IMG/VR virus record: IMGVR_UViG_3300049042_000216
Coordinates: 1-40,464 of that record
Origin: a virus
Taxonomy: Duplodnaviria > Caudoviricetes
Length of the DNA: 40,464 nt
Reading direction: 5' to 3' (one strand)
A model generated the notes under the pieces. The model saw nothing but the letters and a program-made list of their open reading frames with translations, was not told the DNA's origin and ran no database searches. Below, piece after piece: positions 6,869 through 16,250 of this stretch. The translations under genes and the position numbers were made by a program. Position 1 is the first letter of the stretch, and every line of letters starts with the position of its first letter.

Positions 6869-9800
6869 TGCTTGGCCTTACGTCGGAGGATTCTCTGCGC
6901 CTCGTCAAGGCTGCTGGCGATGCCTATCAGGCTTCCTGCGGGGCCGTAGAGGCGAAGGGAGCCTTTGGCCTTACCCGGGAGCGCACGGTAGCCCCCGGTG
7001 AATGTGTAGGCACCGGGCATAGCGGAGTCGGGGGAGGGCATATACCGGAAGTCCTGAGGCTTGCCGTACACCGGGTCCTTTACAAACACCGTGTTGCCGA
7101 CGCTGAAAGACTCGGAGCCACCAGTGACGGGCTGATCGGTGCGCTTGTCGTAGAAGTAGGAGTGCTTTTTTGGGTCCATTCCAACCGGGGTCCACGTTTC
7201 AATATCCGATGGGATTGACCTGTCTTTGATTAGCCTTCCTTCAACTGTAGCAATCGGATGTTTTGCAGCCCTACCTTCCTTGATCGCAACCGCACCCAGT
7301 TTGGATTCCTCGCTTCCTTCTTTTACGAAGAATCTTACCGGACCAGAAAGGCGGACATTGGTGTCGTAGCCAATCCTGTCGCCTACATTTCCGGGGGTTG
7401 CAGGTTCGTGAATCGTTTGAACATATGTGCCCCTGTTCAGGAATGCAGGGATGTCGATGCGGACGCCAACAGGAGATCCTTCTGGAAGCGATTCGTGTTC
7501 ACGCCAGAACGGCTGCTTTGATGAAGATAGGGCAGCTTTAGCTTTTTCCTCGGTAGGCGGGTTGGCGAAGTCAAGGTTGCGACCCACCTCACGCTGGATG
7601 CCGGCGGGCATATAGCGCTGGGCGCCTACTTCGCCCTGGGGCGTGGTAGCCTCATCCGCAGCACGTCCCTCGGTCCAAGTCCATTCGGGCATAAGCCCGG
7701 TTTTCTGATCAGCAAATACGGTGTCCTCTGTCTTAGCGGTGCGGTTGCGCTCGCCGTAGGGACCGTAGTTCAGCCAACTGTTTTGACCTCGAGTCTCAGT
7801 GGTGATGGCGCCACGAGCAGGCCCCGTGAAGAGTCGAATGTGCGCCTGCCAGGCGTTCTCCTCGCCCTGAGCCCGAAAACCGGAACCCTCAATGCCGTGA
7901 CCGAAAGCGTCATGCACGGCGCGGAATAGGTCGTTGGCATAAACGGTTCTCAATTCACCGTTGGGTCCACCGAACGGCCAACGCAAACCAGTCTCGGCAA
8001 GCATTGGGTTGGAATCTGGATTGAAGTCCTCCTTGGTTCCAAACCCAGAGTCTGTTGGGAAAACTCCCATCGACTTGTTTGCGCGGAGGTCGCGCATGGC
8101 GTTGAACGGAGATGATGCGTACTGCTGCCCCGCATCCGAATTAATATCAATAAACCAGAACTTGTATCCCGCTGAATCAAGTGCTCGATACTGATCCGTG
8201 GTTTGACGGATCAGGTCCTGGTAGGCCTCGCGCACCGCAGGATCTTGCGGTGCATGAGGCATCTCATCGTAAGCCTGAGCAATCCTGCGGGCACGGTCCT
8301 CGTCTACCTCAACGTATTCTGATTGGCGACGGAGATTGATTCCGTTGTCCTTGGCGTACTGCTCTGCGACGCCAACCAAGCTCTGGTCTGGGCCACTAGC
8401 GCCTTTGACCTGTGGAGCGCCTGCAAGCGGCGCAAGGTTCCCAGACGAATACCGTCCTTCTCCTCGGTCTCCACGTCTTCCTGATTGTTCTGCGGTTTGT
8501 TCATAAAGTTTTTCTCCTCCGGCAGGCATGAAATACGCTAGACGAGAAGGTGAGTCAATTTGCCTTCTCTTCCATTTCTCACCTGCCTCCGGCGTGGTTC
8601 CATATCCGGCTGCCTTGTTGGCTTTTTGCGCTTCACCCAACTGGCGGTCATTCAGGGCCGGTAGTTTTTCAAGACCAGGGAACATCACCTCATGCGGTTC
8701 AACACGTCCCCGAATGCGATCCCACAGGGTCCATTGAGCCGGGAAGACAGCAACACCAAGTTCGTTCGCCCGGCGCTCGTTAATCTCAAGTGCTGAACGG
8801 TAGGAATCCGACATGACCTGGAAGTCCTTGGGAGTTTCCACCCAATCGACCGATTTGATGTATTCCGGGGCATTCGGGTTGATCCCACCCTTCTTCGCAA
8901 GAAGCGTTGCCTTGCGGCTTCCCATGGCAGCAAACACGGCCTCGTTGACGAACTTTTGAACACGGTCTGCACCGTAGATCTGTGCTTGTCCTAGGACGTC
9001 ATCAATGGTTTTCGCCCGGGTTGCCGTTGGGTCTGGTAGCGAATCCAAGGTAGATGCCATTTCAGCCTTGATGCTCTTGATGCGTTTATCGTTTTTGGCC
9101 TTTAGCTTCTTGAGTGTTTGCTCATCGTTTTTGTTGAGCTCTACAATCCGTTTTCCTTTTTCCTCGGCATTTTTCAGGCGGCGATTGAATGCCGACGTGG
9201 CTTCCTTGGACTTCTTGAGCATTGAGTTGAAACGGTCGACAACAATGCCTTCAAACCGTTTGCGCAACTCCGGGTTACCCAGCAACTCCTGGCCAAAGAT
9301 GCGGGCCATGTGGCGGTCCATGGCCGAGATGGATGCCTTGAGCGGATCTTGCCACACAGATCCAAATGAGCCTGTCTTGGTGCCAAACCCTTTGACTTGA
9401 GTTGTCAGCTTGTCGACGAAGTCTGCCCAGGATTCGTTGGCCTTCTTGACGAAGAAGTCTGGGTTCTTGGTGAACAACCGAGCGGCATTTACGATGTTCG
9501 AGATGTCTGCGGTGATCGCAATACCAAGGCCGCCCTTGCCTGCGGAGATGAACCCTAACTCCTTTTTCAGTCGTTGGTTCAGCTCCTTCAGATTTTCTTT
9601 GGTCGGGTTCTCTGGGTATAGATCTGCAAACTTGCGCACATCTTCCATCGAACCGAATCGGAGTCTGGACTGCCCCATTTCATTGGGCAGCAGCGGTGCG
9701 TTTGGTGAGAGCATACCAAACACAATCGAGTTAAAACTTGAGACCTTCTCCCCAGGTGTCGGGGCCATGGTTGACGCCAGCTTTGCCGTCAGTTTGGCGT

Positions 9801-12800
9801 GCGTCGTCTCAGGAAGGTTTGCTACGTCGACTGGGTTGGCTTTAAGCCAGAGGAGGTCGTAGTACGTGAACTTGCCCTCAAGGCCGCCGGGTATTCTCGC
9901 AGGATTTCCAGCCACGTCCGAGGGGATGTTTGCGATTTCTGAAAGAGGTCCAAGGTTTGGGACGCCGAATGCTTTGCCGTATTCCTCAAACTCCGTTGGA
10001 GTCCAGTCTTTCGGTTCTTTGCCTTTGAAGAATATGTTGCCGCTTTCATCTCTTGTAACTCCCTGAGCCTCAAAGGATGCACGTCGTGGCAAAGATTCTG
10101 CAACCTGTTTTCTAGCTGCGTCCTCTTCAGCCGGCATGAACCTCACATCCCCCTCTTGTCGAACCGCCCCGCCTTGGCCTTGGCCTTCTTGGCCACCGAC
10201 AGCGCGATTGCGACCGCCTGCTTCTGCGGTTTGCCGGACTTCATCTCGCGCCGGATATTGCTGCTTACGGACTTCTGGCTGTAGCCTTGTTTGAGTGGCA
10301 TAATCTTTTTCTGCTTTGAGTTTTGCTTGTCCTTCGGTGTCGAAGATCCCGGCGGTTGATCCATCGGGGCCATACAGGCGGAACTTCCCGCCCTTCGACA
10401 AGATCCGGTAGCCGCCCACCAGGTCGCTCTGGACGCTGGTCTCACCAACCTGCTCGGCAGGCTGGAAGTTGAGCTGCGTGCGGCGGTAGCTTGACTGCTC
10501 TCCCATGTCACCGGACCACGGGATTTCCGTGCCGGTGGTGTTGGTGTTCTGGATGCGCTCAATGCGCAGGTCCTGGTAGACCGACCCGCCCTTGCGGCTG
10601 GCCTCGTAGCCAGCGGTCGGCAGGTTGATCATAGTGTCGCCCTTCTTGGGAACGGCGCCCATCACCTCGTTGAAGAAGTTGCGCTTCTTGGCGCCTTCAA
10701 TACCGCCACCGAGAGCCTCAGCGGAAGGCGCGGCGTTCTGCTCCGCAATGTTCTTCAGGTACACGTCCTTCAGCGTGGACATGGCCTGGTCGTAGTTGCC
10801 GAACAGGTTCTTGTAGGCGGGCTTGGTCAGGGCCTTGTACATCCGGGCCTGCACCTTGCCCCAGTCGACAGCCTTGATGTTCACACCACCCTTGCTGTTG
10901 ATCGAGATCCCGTAGGGCAGGAACAGCTTCTCGGACTCTCCGAACACGCCAGACTTGCCCGTGGAACCGTAAACCTTCCAGTACCTTCCCTCCATCAGCG
11001 TGCCGTCGCGGATGGCTGTGGCGATGTCGATCAGGCTGCGCGATGTGGACGGGCTGAAGATACCGCTCTTCGATACTGCATCAGCCTCGGCAAGGCTCAG
11101 TCGGCCTTCGATGATCGGGTTACCCTTGGCATCAAGCCCGCTGACGCTGCCACGCTCGTTCTGGGGCACCGTCTCGATGACCTGCATCGTGCGGTTGGCC
11201 ACGTTTGCGGTCTTGGCGGCTAGCTCTGCCTTTGAGAGCGGTCGGATAATGCTGCCATCCGGACCCGTCATAAACAGGTCCGAGTAGCCACGGGCCATGA
11301 TGACAGCATTCTGCTGCGCCTGCGTCATCTTGTTGATGTCCACCTTCTGCTCGGTAGGCTCGTAGCCTTCCTTGGGAGTCACCAGGTTCTTGATGGCATC
11401 TTCCATCCAGTCGAGCTTGATGCGCCGTCCGTTGGCATCGTAGAAGGTACGGGCAACAGGGTCGAAACCAGCCTGCAATGCACGCCGAGTGAAACGCTCC
11501 GAGACAGCCTCCTTGGCGTTGTTCAAGGCCATCTCAATGAACGAAGGAATCCGACCCGGCAGCATCGTCTTCGGGTCTTTGCCTTTGAGCATTTCCTGCG
11601 TGTAGTACGCGGAGAACTCATCGGTGATGCGCTTGAGAGCTTCGACCTGCTGTGCGCGTTGGAGATTCGGGTCAAACGAGTCGCGCAATTCGGTGCGTAC
11701 ACGGTCGGCAATAACACGCCCACCACTCGCTTCAATCTTGTCAGCGTAACGATTGGCGAAGTCGGAGAACTGCTGTTTGAAAGCGGGATCGGTTGAAGCC
11801 GCATCAATCACTCGTCCACCAAGCTGACTGACCATGTCCTGCGTAATACGTGCGTGCAGGATCTCGTGCGGAATAGCTTCAGGTTTCGCACGGTCGACAT
11901 TGATCAGGATCGTCGGCTTGCCGCTCTTGATGTTGTCGGGACCGATTGCAACACCGGCATAGTTCACCGTCTGCAGAGCAGCAGGAACCGTGTCTGCGTC
12001 GGTGTGGAAGATGACATCGACGCCAGCACCTTCAGCACCGGCAACCTCGGACAGAGCCTTGGTGAGCTGCTTGTTGTTGAGACTGGCGTACAGTTGAGCG
12101 CGAGCATCGGCATCCTTGATCGTCGCAGTCTGCTCACCGGCCACTGGGTCAACGTAGGTGAACTGCACCTCGGTAGGCCGAGTGTTCAGGTCATCGACCG
12201 CGGTCTGTCGGACACGTCGGCCATTGAAGACGTTTGCCTCAACGGCTTTTCCAAGCCTAAATCCGCCATCAAAAACACCAAATGCAGCGCCACTACCAAT
12301 AGCGGCTGAAATTGCGTCTGCCTCCTCTCCGCTCATTGCCGCAAGCAATCCACCACCAGCGGCAGCGCCTGTCATTGGAACAAGGATATTTGCGGCCAGC
12401 TTGACTGGTGTTTCAAGTCCGCTTCTTGCAAGAGCGGTTCCTAGCGCACGAGCTTTTGAAGAAGCGCCTTCAGCAGCAGCAATGCGTTCCCCTGCGCCTA
12501 GAAGGCCGCGCTGGACAGGAGTAAGCGCGGGACCACGTGATGCCGCACCGGCCTCTCCAACGGTCTCCATGGTGGCTCCTAGGCCTTTGGTTGCACCAAT
12601 TACTTGTGATGCAGTTCCTAGGACAGGAACATTCATCGTAATTGGAATGCCGGCAGCTTCACCAACTGCAATCGTGGTCGTCCCTTTGGAGACGCCCTCC
12701 TGCACAGCCTGACCCATCTGCGGAGATCCGGTGACTTTAGCGGTGAGGCTTCCAGCCAAATTCTCAGGAACACGCCCAAGCTGACTTACACGTTCTCCTG

Positions 12801-13578
12801 CCCCCCTAAGCATTTCGGCTGCACGCGGAATCTGAGCAACAGCTTGTTGAGCCATTACGGAAGCCAGCTTTCCACCTCCGGCAAATGCAATGGATGACGG
12901 GTCAGCAAGGAATCCACCGACCTCAAGGCCAGCCTGACCAATGGCTTCCTGCGGAATGTTGTAGGTTTGCAGGAACTCTTGAGAAGCTGGAACGCGCTGA
13001 TCTTGAGGTGCATTGGCTAGCGCCAATTTTCGATCAATGTCTGCTTTCTCAAGAAAGTCTACATACTTGATGTCATCAAGCATGGATTCCATACGAGCGC
13101 GATCCTCTTTGCTTTGGATGAGAAGAGGAAGTTGATCGAGTTTGTCTACTATGGAAGCTGAGATTCCTCGGTATAGGCTTTGAGCCTTCAGCTTTGCTTG
13201 AATCGCTGTTTCGGCAAAAGTTGCTGCGGCAACGTCGCCCTTAGTGGCTCCTTCAGGAGGCTGATAAATGTCGCCAATGGATTCTCCAAGCCTGTACGGA
13301 AGCGCTGCAATGTGGGCAAGTCCCGGTCCAATTGCAGCGGCGGCTCCCTTCAGGTCGATTGACTTTTCCTTTCCAACCTTCAGGTAGTCGAGGAACTCCT
13401 GCTTGCTCGGAGTGTAGTCGGTCTGCGCTGCCTTGTACTGCAGCACCTTATTGTAGGAGTCCTCTGGGGTGGGATCAACCTCGATGCCTCCCTGCACAAA
13501 ACCGCCTTGCGCCATTGGAGGCGCGGCCTGTTGCTGCGGCTCTGCGTCGACAACAATTCCGCCTTCAACGAATGGCAT
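6865..13578 (-). CDS. giant internal virion / ejection protein, large polyvalent-protein type (2237 aa)
   Basis: Third of three ejection-like genes; HEILH and HDAFGH metal-binding motifs; HhH-like module; recurring FMP/YMP junctions. Confidence 0.75.
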   Translation of the reverse strand: MPFVEGGIVVDAEPQQQAAPPMAQGGFVQGGIEVDPTPEDSYNKVLQYKAAQTDYTPSKQEFLDYLKVGKEKSIDLKGAAAAIGPGLAHIAALPYRLGESIGDIYQPPEGATKGDVAAATFAETAIQAKLKAQSLYRGISASIVDKLDQLPLLIQSKEDRARMESMLDDIKYVDFLEKADIDRKLALANAPQDQRVPASQEFLQTYNIPQEAIGQAGLEVGGFLADPSSIAFAGGGKLASVMAQQAVAQIPRAAEMLRGAGERVSQLGRVPENLAGSLTAKVTGSPQMGQAVQEGVSKGTTTIAVGEAAGIPITMNVPVLGTASQVIGATKGLGATMETVGEAGAASRGPALTPVQRGLLGAGERIAAAEGASSKARALGTALARSGLETPVKLAANILVPMTGAAAGGGLLAAMSGEEADAISAAIGSGAAFGVFDGGFRLGKAVEANVFNGRRVRQTAVDDLNTRPTEVQFTYVDPVAGEQTATIKDADARAQLYASLNNKQLTKALSEVAGAEGAGVDVIFHTDADTVPAALQTVNYAGVAIGPDNIKSGKPTILINVDRAKPEAIPHEILHARITQDMVSQLGGRVIDAASTDPAFKQQFSDFANRYADKIEASGGRVIADRVRTELRDSFDPNLQRAQQVEALKRITDEFSAYYTQEMLKGKDPKTMLPGRIPSFIEMALNNAKEAVSERFTRRALQAGFDPVARTFYDANGRRIKLDWMEDAIKNLVTPKEGYEPTEQKVDINKMTQAQQNAVIMARGYSDLFMTGPDGSIIRPLSKAELAAKTANVANRTMQVIETVPQNERGSVSGLDAKGNPIIEGRLSLAEADAVSKSGIFSPSTSRSLIDIATAIRDGTLMEGRYWKVYGSTGKSGVFGESEKLFLPYGISINSKGGVNIKAVDWGKVQARMYKALTKPAYKNLFGNYDQAMSTLKDVYLKNIAEQNAAPSAEALGGGIEGAKKRNFFNEVMGAVPKKGDTMINLPTAGYEASRKGGSVYQDLRIERIQNTNTTGTEIPWSGDMGEQSSYRRTQLNFQPAEQVGETSVQSDLVGGYRILSKGGKFRLYGPDGSTAGIFDTEGQAKLKAEKDYATQTRLQPEVRKQQYPARDEVRQTAEAGGRNRAVGGQEGQGQGGAVRQEGDVRFMPAEEDAARKQVAESLPRRASFEAQGVTRDESGNIFFKGKEPKDWTPTEFEEYGKAFGVPNLGPLSEIANIPSDVAGNPARIPGGLEGKFTYYDLLWLKANPVDVANLPETTHAKLTAKLASTMAPTPGEKVSSFNSIVFGMLSPNAPLLPNEMGQSRLRFGSMEDVRKFADLYPENPTKENLKELNQRLKKELGFISAGKGGLGIAITADISNIVNAARLFTKNPDFFVKKANESWADFVDKLTTQVKGFGTKTGSFGSVWQDPLKASISAMDRHMARIFGQELLGNPELRKRFEGIVVDRFNSMLKKSKEATSAFNRRLKNAEEKGKRIVELNKNDEQTLKKLKAKNDKRIKSIKAEMASTLDSLPDPTATRAKTIDDVLGQAQIYGADRVQKFVNEAVFAAMGSRKATLLAKKGGINPNAPEYIKSVDWVETPKDFQVMSDSYRSALEINERRANELGVAVFPAQWTLWDRIRGRVEPHEVMFPGLEKLPALNDRQLGEAQKANKAAGYGTTPEAGEKWKRRQIDSPSRLAYFMPAGGEKLYEQTAEQSGRRGDRGEGRYSSGNLAPLAGAPQVKGASGPDQSLVGVAEQYAKDNGINLRRQSEYVEVDEDRARRIAQAYDEMPHAPQDPAVREAYQDLIRQTTDQYRALDSAGYKFWFIDINSDAGQQYASSPFNAMRDLRANKSMGVFPTDSGFGTKEDFNPDSNPMLAETGLRWPFGGPNGELRTVYANDLFRAVHDAFGHGIEGSGFRAQGEENAWQAHIRLFTGPARGAITTETRGQNSWLNYGPYGERNRTAKTEDTVFADQKTGLMPEWTWTEGRAADEATTPQGEVGAQRYMPAGIQREVGRNLDFANPPTEEKAKAALSSSKQPFWREHESLPEGSPVGVRIDIPAFLNRGTYVQTIHEPATPGNVGDRIGYDTNVRLSGPVRFFVKEGSEESKLGAVAIKEGRAAKHPIATVEGRLIKDRSIPSDIETWTPVGMDPKKHSYFYDKRTDQPVTGGSESFSVGNTVFVKDPVYGKPQDFRYMPSPDSAMPGAYTFTGGYRALPGKAKGSLRLYGPAGSLIGIASSLDEAQRILRRKAKQ
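8304..8504 (-). CDS. candidate nested out-of-frame gene (66 aa)
   Basis: GGAGGAG 9 nt upstream of ATG, inside a low-complexity linker of the giant ORF. Confidence 0.4.
   Translation of the reverse strand: MNKPQNNQEDVETEEKDGIRLGTLRRLQALHRSKALVAQTRAWLASQSSTPRTTESISVANQNTLR
10143..10301 (-). CDS. nested small basic phage protein (52 aa) in alternate frame
   Basis: MPLKQGYSQKSVSSNIRREMKSGKPQKQAVAIALSVAKKAK resembles a small protein I recall as a standalone gene in other phages. Confidence 0.7.
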   Translation of the reverse strand: MPLKQGYSQKSVSSNIRREMKSGKPQKQAVAIALSVAKKAKAKAGRFDKRGM

Positions 13579-13581
13579 AGG

Positions 13582-14994
13582 TCAGTCTTGGAACTCTTGG
13601 TATTTTCCGGTGGCAGGATTGAAAACAAGGCCGCGCTTGATTCCGCGGGCACGCATATCTTCGGGAGATTGGAAGCGCTCAAGGTTTTGAGCCTGACTCT
13701 TGGCCTCAAACTGCTTCACCTGCTCAAACATATTGGACGGCACGACCAGGTTCTCCGGGATGCCGCGGTCCTTAGCCATTGATCGGTATCGGCTCGCAAC
13801 CGTTTCGGCCTCCTTGGCAATGCCGGAGTAGCTCTTGCGGGCGGTCTCAATGAAGTTCTTGCGCTGGTCGTCGTTCAAGAACTTGCCGCTCAGGATTTGG
13901 TTATAGGTGTTGACCACCGACTCAGGAACGCTGCCAGCATTCTTGGCCGTGGCATACTCGCCCTCCCGCACAGTGCTGCCAGGGTCGAGCGTTTTCATAA
14001 ACGAGAAGATCAGCGCGATGTCGTCACTCGGCTTGTACTGCGCAGTGCCGATAGAAGCCCCGAAACTGTTCATCTGGTTCAGGTAAGAACCAGCCACGCT
14101 AAGGTTCTGAATCGTCTTCTCGTTCCCAAAGTCGGTAATGAACTTGTCCGCAGCCTTCTGCTGAGGTTCTTCAAGATTCAGATATGCGTTTGTCCCTTGA
14201 ATATCCGCTTTTTGAGGAGCGCCAAAAGGCTTTCCACCAACGGTAGGTTGAACCATGCGAGTGTTAGGAATCGCAGTTGACCCGATTGTGGGCGGCGCTC
14301 CGTATTCGGTCTCCAAACCGGACGGACCCATCTTGGCACCAACAGGAACCAAACCTGCGGGAAGCGTCTGCCCCATCCTGCGCATCATCGGGATCAACGC
14401 CTGCATCTGGGTCGGAGTCAGCTTGTCTCCGTACTTACCAAGCATCTCCTGCGTCACGTTGGAGTACGGAACGGAAGGAGCCTGACCGGGCTGCATCGAC
14501 ATGACGTCAGAAAGCGCCTGTGTGAAGTACGGTGCAGCGGCGGCCTCGCGCTGGGCTTGGCCCAACTGCAACGCACCGAGAGCCAACTGCTGGCGGGTAG
14601 CCTCATCGGTAAGTTCCCGAGCCCGCTGTTTATCAGCCCGATCAAGGAAGAACTCGGCATTGAGCAATGCAGCCTTCTTCTGCGGTGTCGACATCGAACC
14701 AAACTTCTTGATGTCGCCTAGGATCTTCGACTCAGGGCTGCGCTCGTCCATCACATTGCCGGACTGGGCCATGCTCTGCAGGTACGGAGCCAGCGATTCC
14801 AAGCGCTGCGTGAGGAACTCGTTCTCGGCCTTGTTCTGCCCGTACCGAGCCAGCGACTCGCCGATGGCATTGCCGATCTGCTGCATACCGGCACCGATGT
14901 TGCGCCCGGCCTGCGAGTAGGCCTCGATGTAGCCGGAAGGAACGGCCTGTGGGCCTCCACCTTGGTAGCCTGCTGAGTAGCCGTAGGTTGCCAT
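13582..14994 (-). CDS. putative internal virion / ejection protein
   Basis: Position; Q/A/G-rich helical N-terminus; DIALIFSFMKTLDPGSTVREGEY motif. Confidence 0.65.
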   Translation of the reverse strand: MATYGYSAGYQGGGPQAVPSGYIEAYSQAGRNIGAGMQQIGNAIGESLARYGQNKAENEFLTQRLESLAPYLQSMAQSGNVMDERSPESKILGDIKKFGSMSTPQKKAALLNAEFFLDRADKQRARELTDEATRQQLALGALQLGQAQREAAAAPYFTQALSDVMSMQPGQAPSVPYSNVTQEMLGKYGDKLTPTQMQALIPMMRRMGQTLPAGLVPVGAKMGPSGLETEYGAPPTIGSTAIPNTRMVQPTVGGKPFGAPQKADIQGTNAYLNLEEPQQKAADKFITDFGNEKTIQNLSVAGSYLNQMNSFGASIGTAQYKPSDDIALIFSFMKTLDPGSTVREGEYATAKNAGSVPESVVNTYNQILSGKFLNDDQRKNFIETARKSYSGIAKEAETVASRYRSMAKDRGIPENLVVPSNMFEQVKQFEAKSQAQNLERFQSPEDMRARGIKRGLVFNPATGKYQEFQD

Positions 14995-14997
14995 AGA

Positions 14998-15849
14998 TTA
15001 GCCTCCGAAGAGTTTCCCGAAACCGCCGGCAGAGCCGGCACCACTGAACAATCCTCCACCGATGCTTCCCAAAGCACCGAGGCCGCCACCGATGAGTCCT
15101 GACGTGGCGGATGCGCCGGCAGCCCGGGCGGCACCGAGCGACTGCTGGTTGCCTGCGTAAATGTTGGATGCGTAGGCGCTCTCGGGGTTGAAGAGCTGGC
15201 CAGGGTTGAAGCCCGAGGCCTGGCCTACGAAGCCCTGGGAGCCTGCAAAGGCCTGCGACGGGCGTCCCAAGACCTGCTGGAACACGTCGCCATAGACTCC
15301 CTGACCTGCCTGCAGTGCGCCCATGGCCTGCTGCTGGCGTTGCTGCTGGAGCCCGGCACCGATCATCTGGGAGCGGAGGGCCTCCTGCAGCGCGGCATTG
15401 GGGCCTTGAGCCATACCGCGGGCGGAAGAGGCAATGCGGGCTTGCTGCTGGGCCATGCGCTGTTGTTCCGGTGTCAGCCGGGAGCCGGCAAGGAGATTGG
15501 ATGTCGCGTTCTGGGCGAGGATGTCGGCAATGCGGGTCTGCTCAGGGGCAAAACCTTGGATGGCTGCACGGGCTTGCGGCCCGAGCTTGGCGATGTCGGC
15601 AATGTCACCGGCGCGGGATGAGGCACGGCTTGCGGCCTCGGTGCGACCCATTGCTGGCGCAATCTGCTCCTCGTACAGCTTCAGCAGCTCCGGGGTCGCC
15701 TGCTTCAGCATATCAATGGTCAGCGCCTGATACTTGGGCGCAAACTGGGCCTCGGCGGCGTACTTCTCCGGCGCCAAATCAATTTGGCTGCGGAGTGTGT
15801 CCCGGGTTTCCTGGGCGTAGTTGCGTGCTGGAGGTGCTTCGACTGTCAT
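14998..15849 (-). CDS. putative DNA pilot / ejection protein
   Basis: Q/A-rich with Gly-rich hydrophobic C-terminus (GLIGGGLGALGSIGGGLF). Confidence 0.65.
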   Translation of the reverse strand: MTVEAPPARNYAQETRDTLRSQIDLAPEKYAAEAQFAPKYQALTIDMLKQATPELLKLYEEQIAPAMGRTEAASRASSRAGDIADIAKLGPQARAAIQGFAPEQTRIADILAQNATSNLLAGSRLTPEQQRMAQQQARIASSARGMAQGPNAALQEALRSQMIGAGLQQQRQQQAMGALQAGQGVYGDVFQQVLGRPSQAFAGSQGFVGQASGFNPGQLFNPESAYASNIYAGNQQSLGAARAAGASATSGLIGGGLGALGSIGGGLFSGAGSAGGFGKLFGG

Positions 15850-16250
15850 ATCATTTTGGAGGCCACCCTATAGATCGGCATCGAGCCTTTCTTGTAGGTG
15901 GTCAGTTTGCCGTTGCGATAGCCGATGGCCGGGAGGATTGCAGCCTCCGGTCGGTCGTGGAAGAACTTAGCCGCTACAGCCATCGCAAATACCGCGCTGT
16001 CGGCAGCGAACTGGTGCCAGTACCAATGGTCGCCATTGGGGTCGTTGGGCTGCCAGGACCAGGCCTGGGGCTCCGGGCCCGTCTGGCGCCAGCCTACAAG
16101 CACGGCCACCACGTGGTCGTCCTGGCAGGCGATCTTGAGCGTGCCCTGCTCCGCGTGGAACATCACGTAATCCTCGACTGCCTCGCGGGTCCAGCCATTG
16201 AAGGAATCCGGGAGCTTGTGCAGCAGGTAGTCTGTGGTCTGCGAGATCAT
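15846..16250 (-). CDS. hypothetical protein, possibly GNAT-fold virion assembly protein
   Basis: Size and position just before ejection genes; VVAVLVGW strand; coupled starts and stops. Confidence 0.5.
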   Translation of the reverse strand: MISQTTDYLLHKLPDSFNGWTREAVEDYVMFHAEQGTLKIACQDDHVVAVLVGWRQTGPEPQAWSWQPNDPNGDHWYWHQFAADSAVFAMAVAAKFFHDRPEAAILPAIGYRNGKLTTYKKGSMPIYRVASKMI

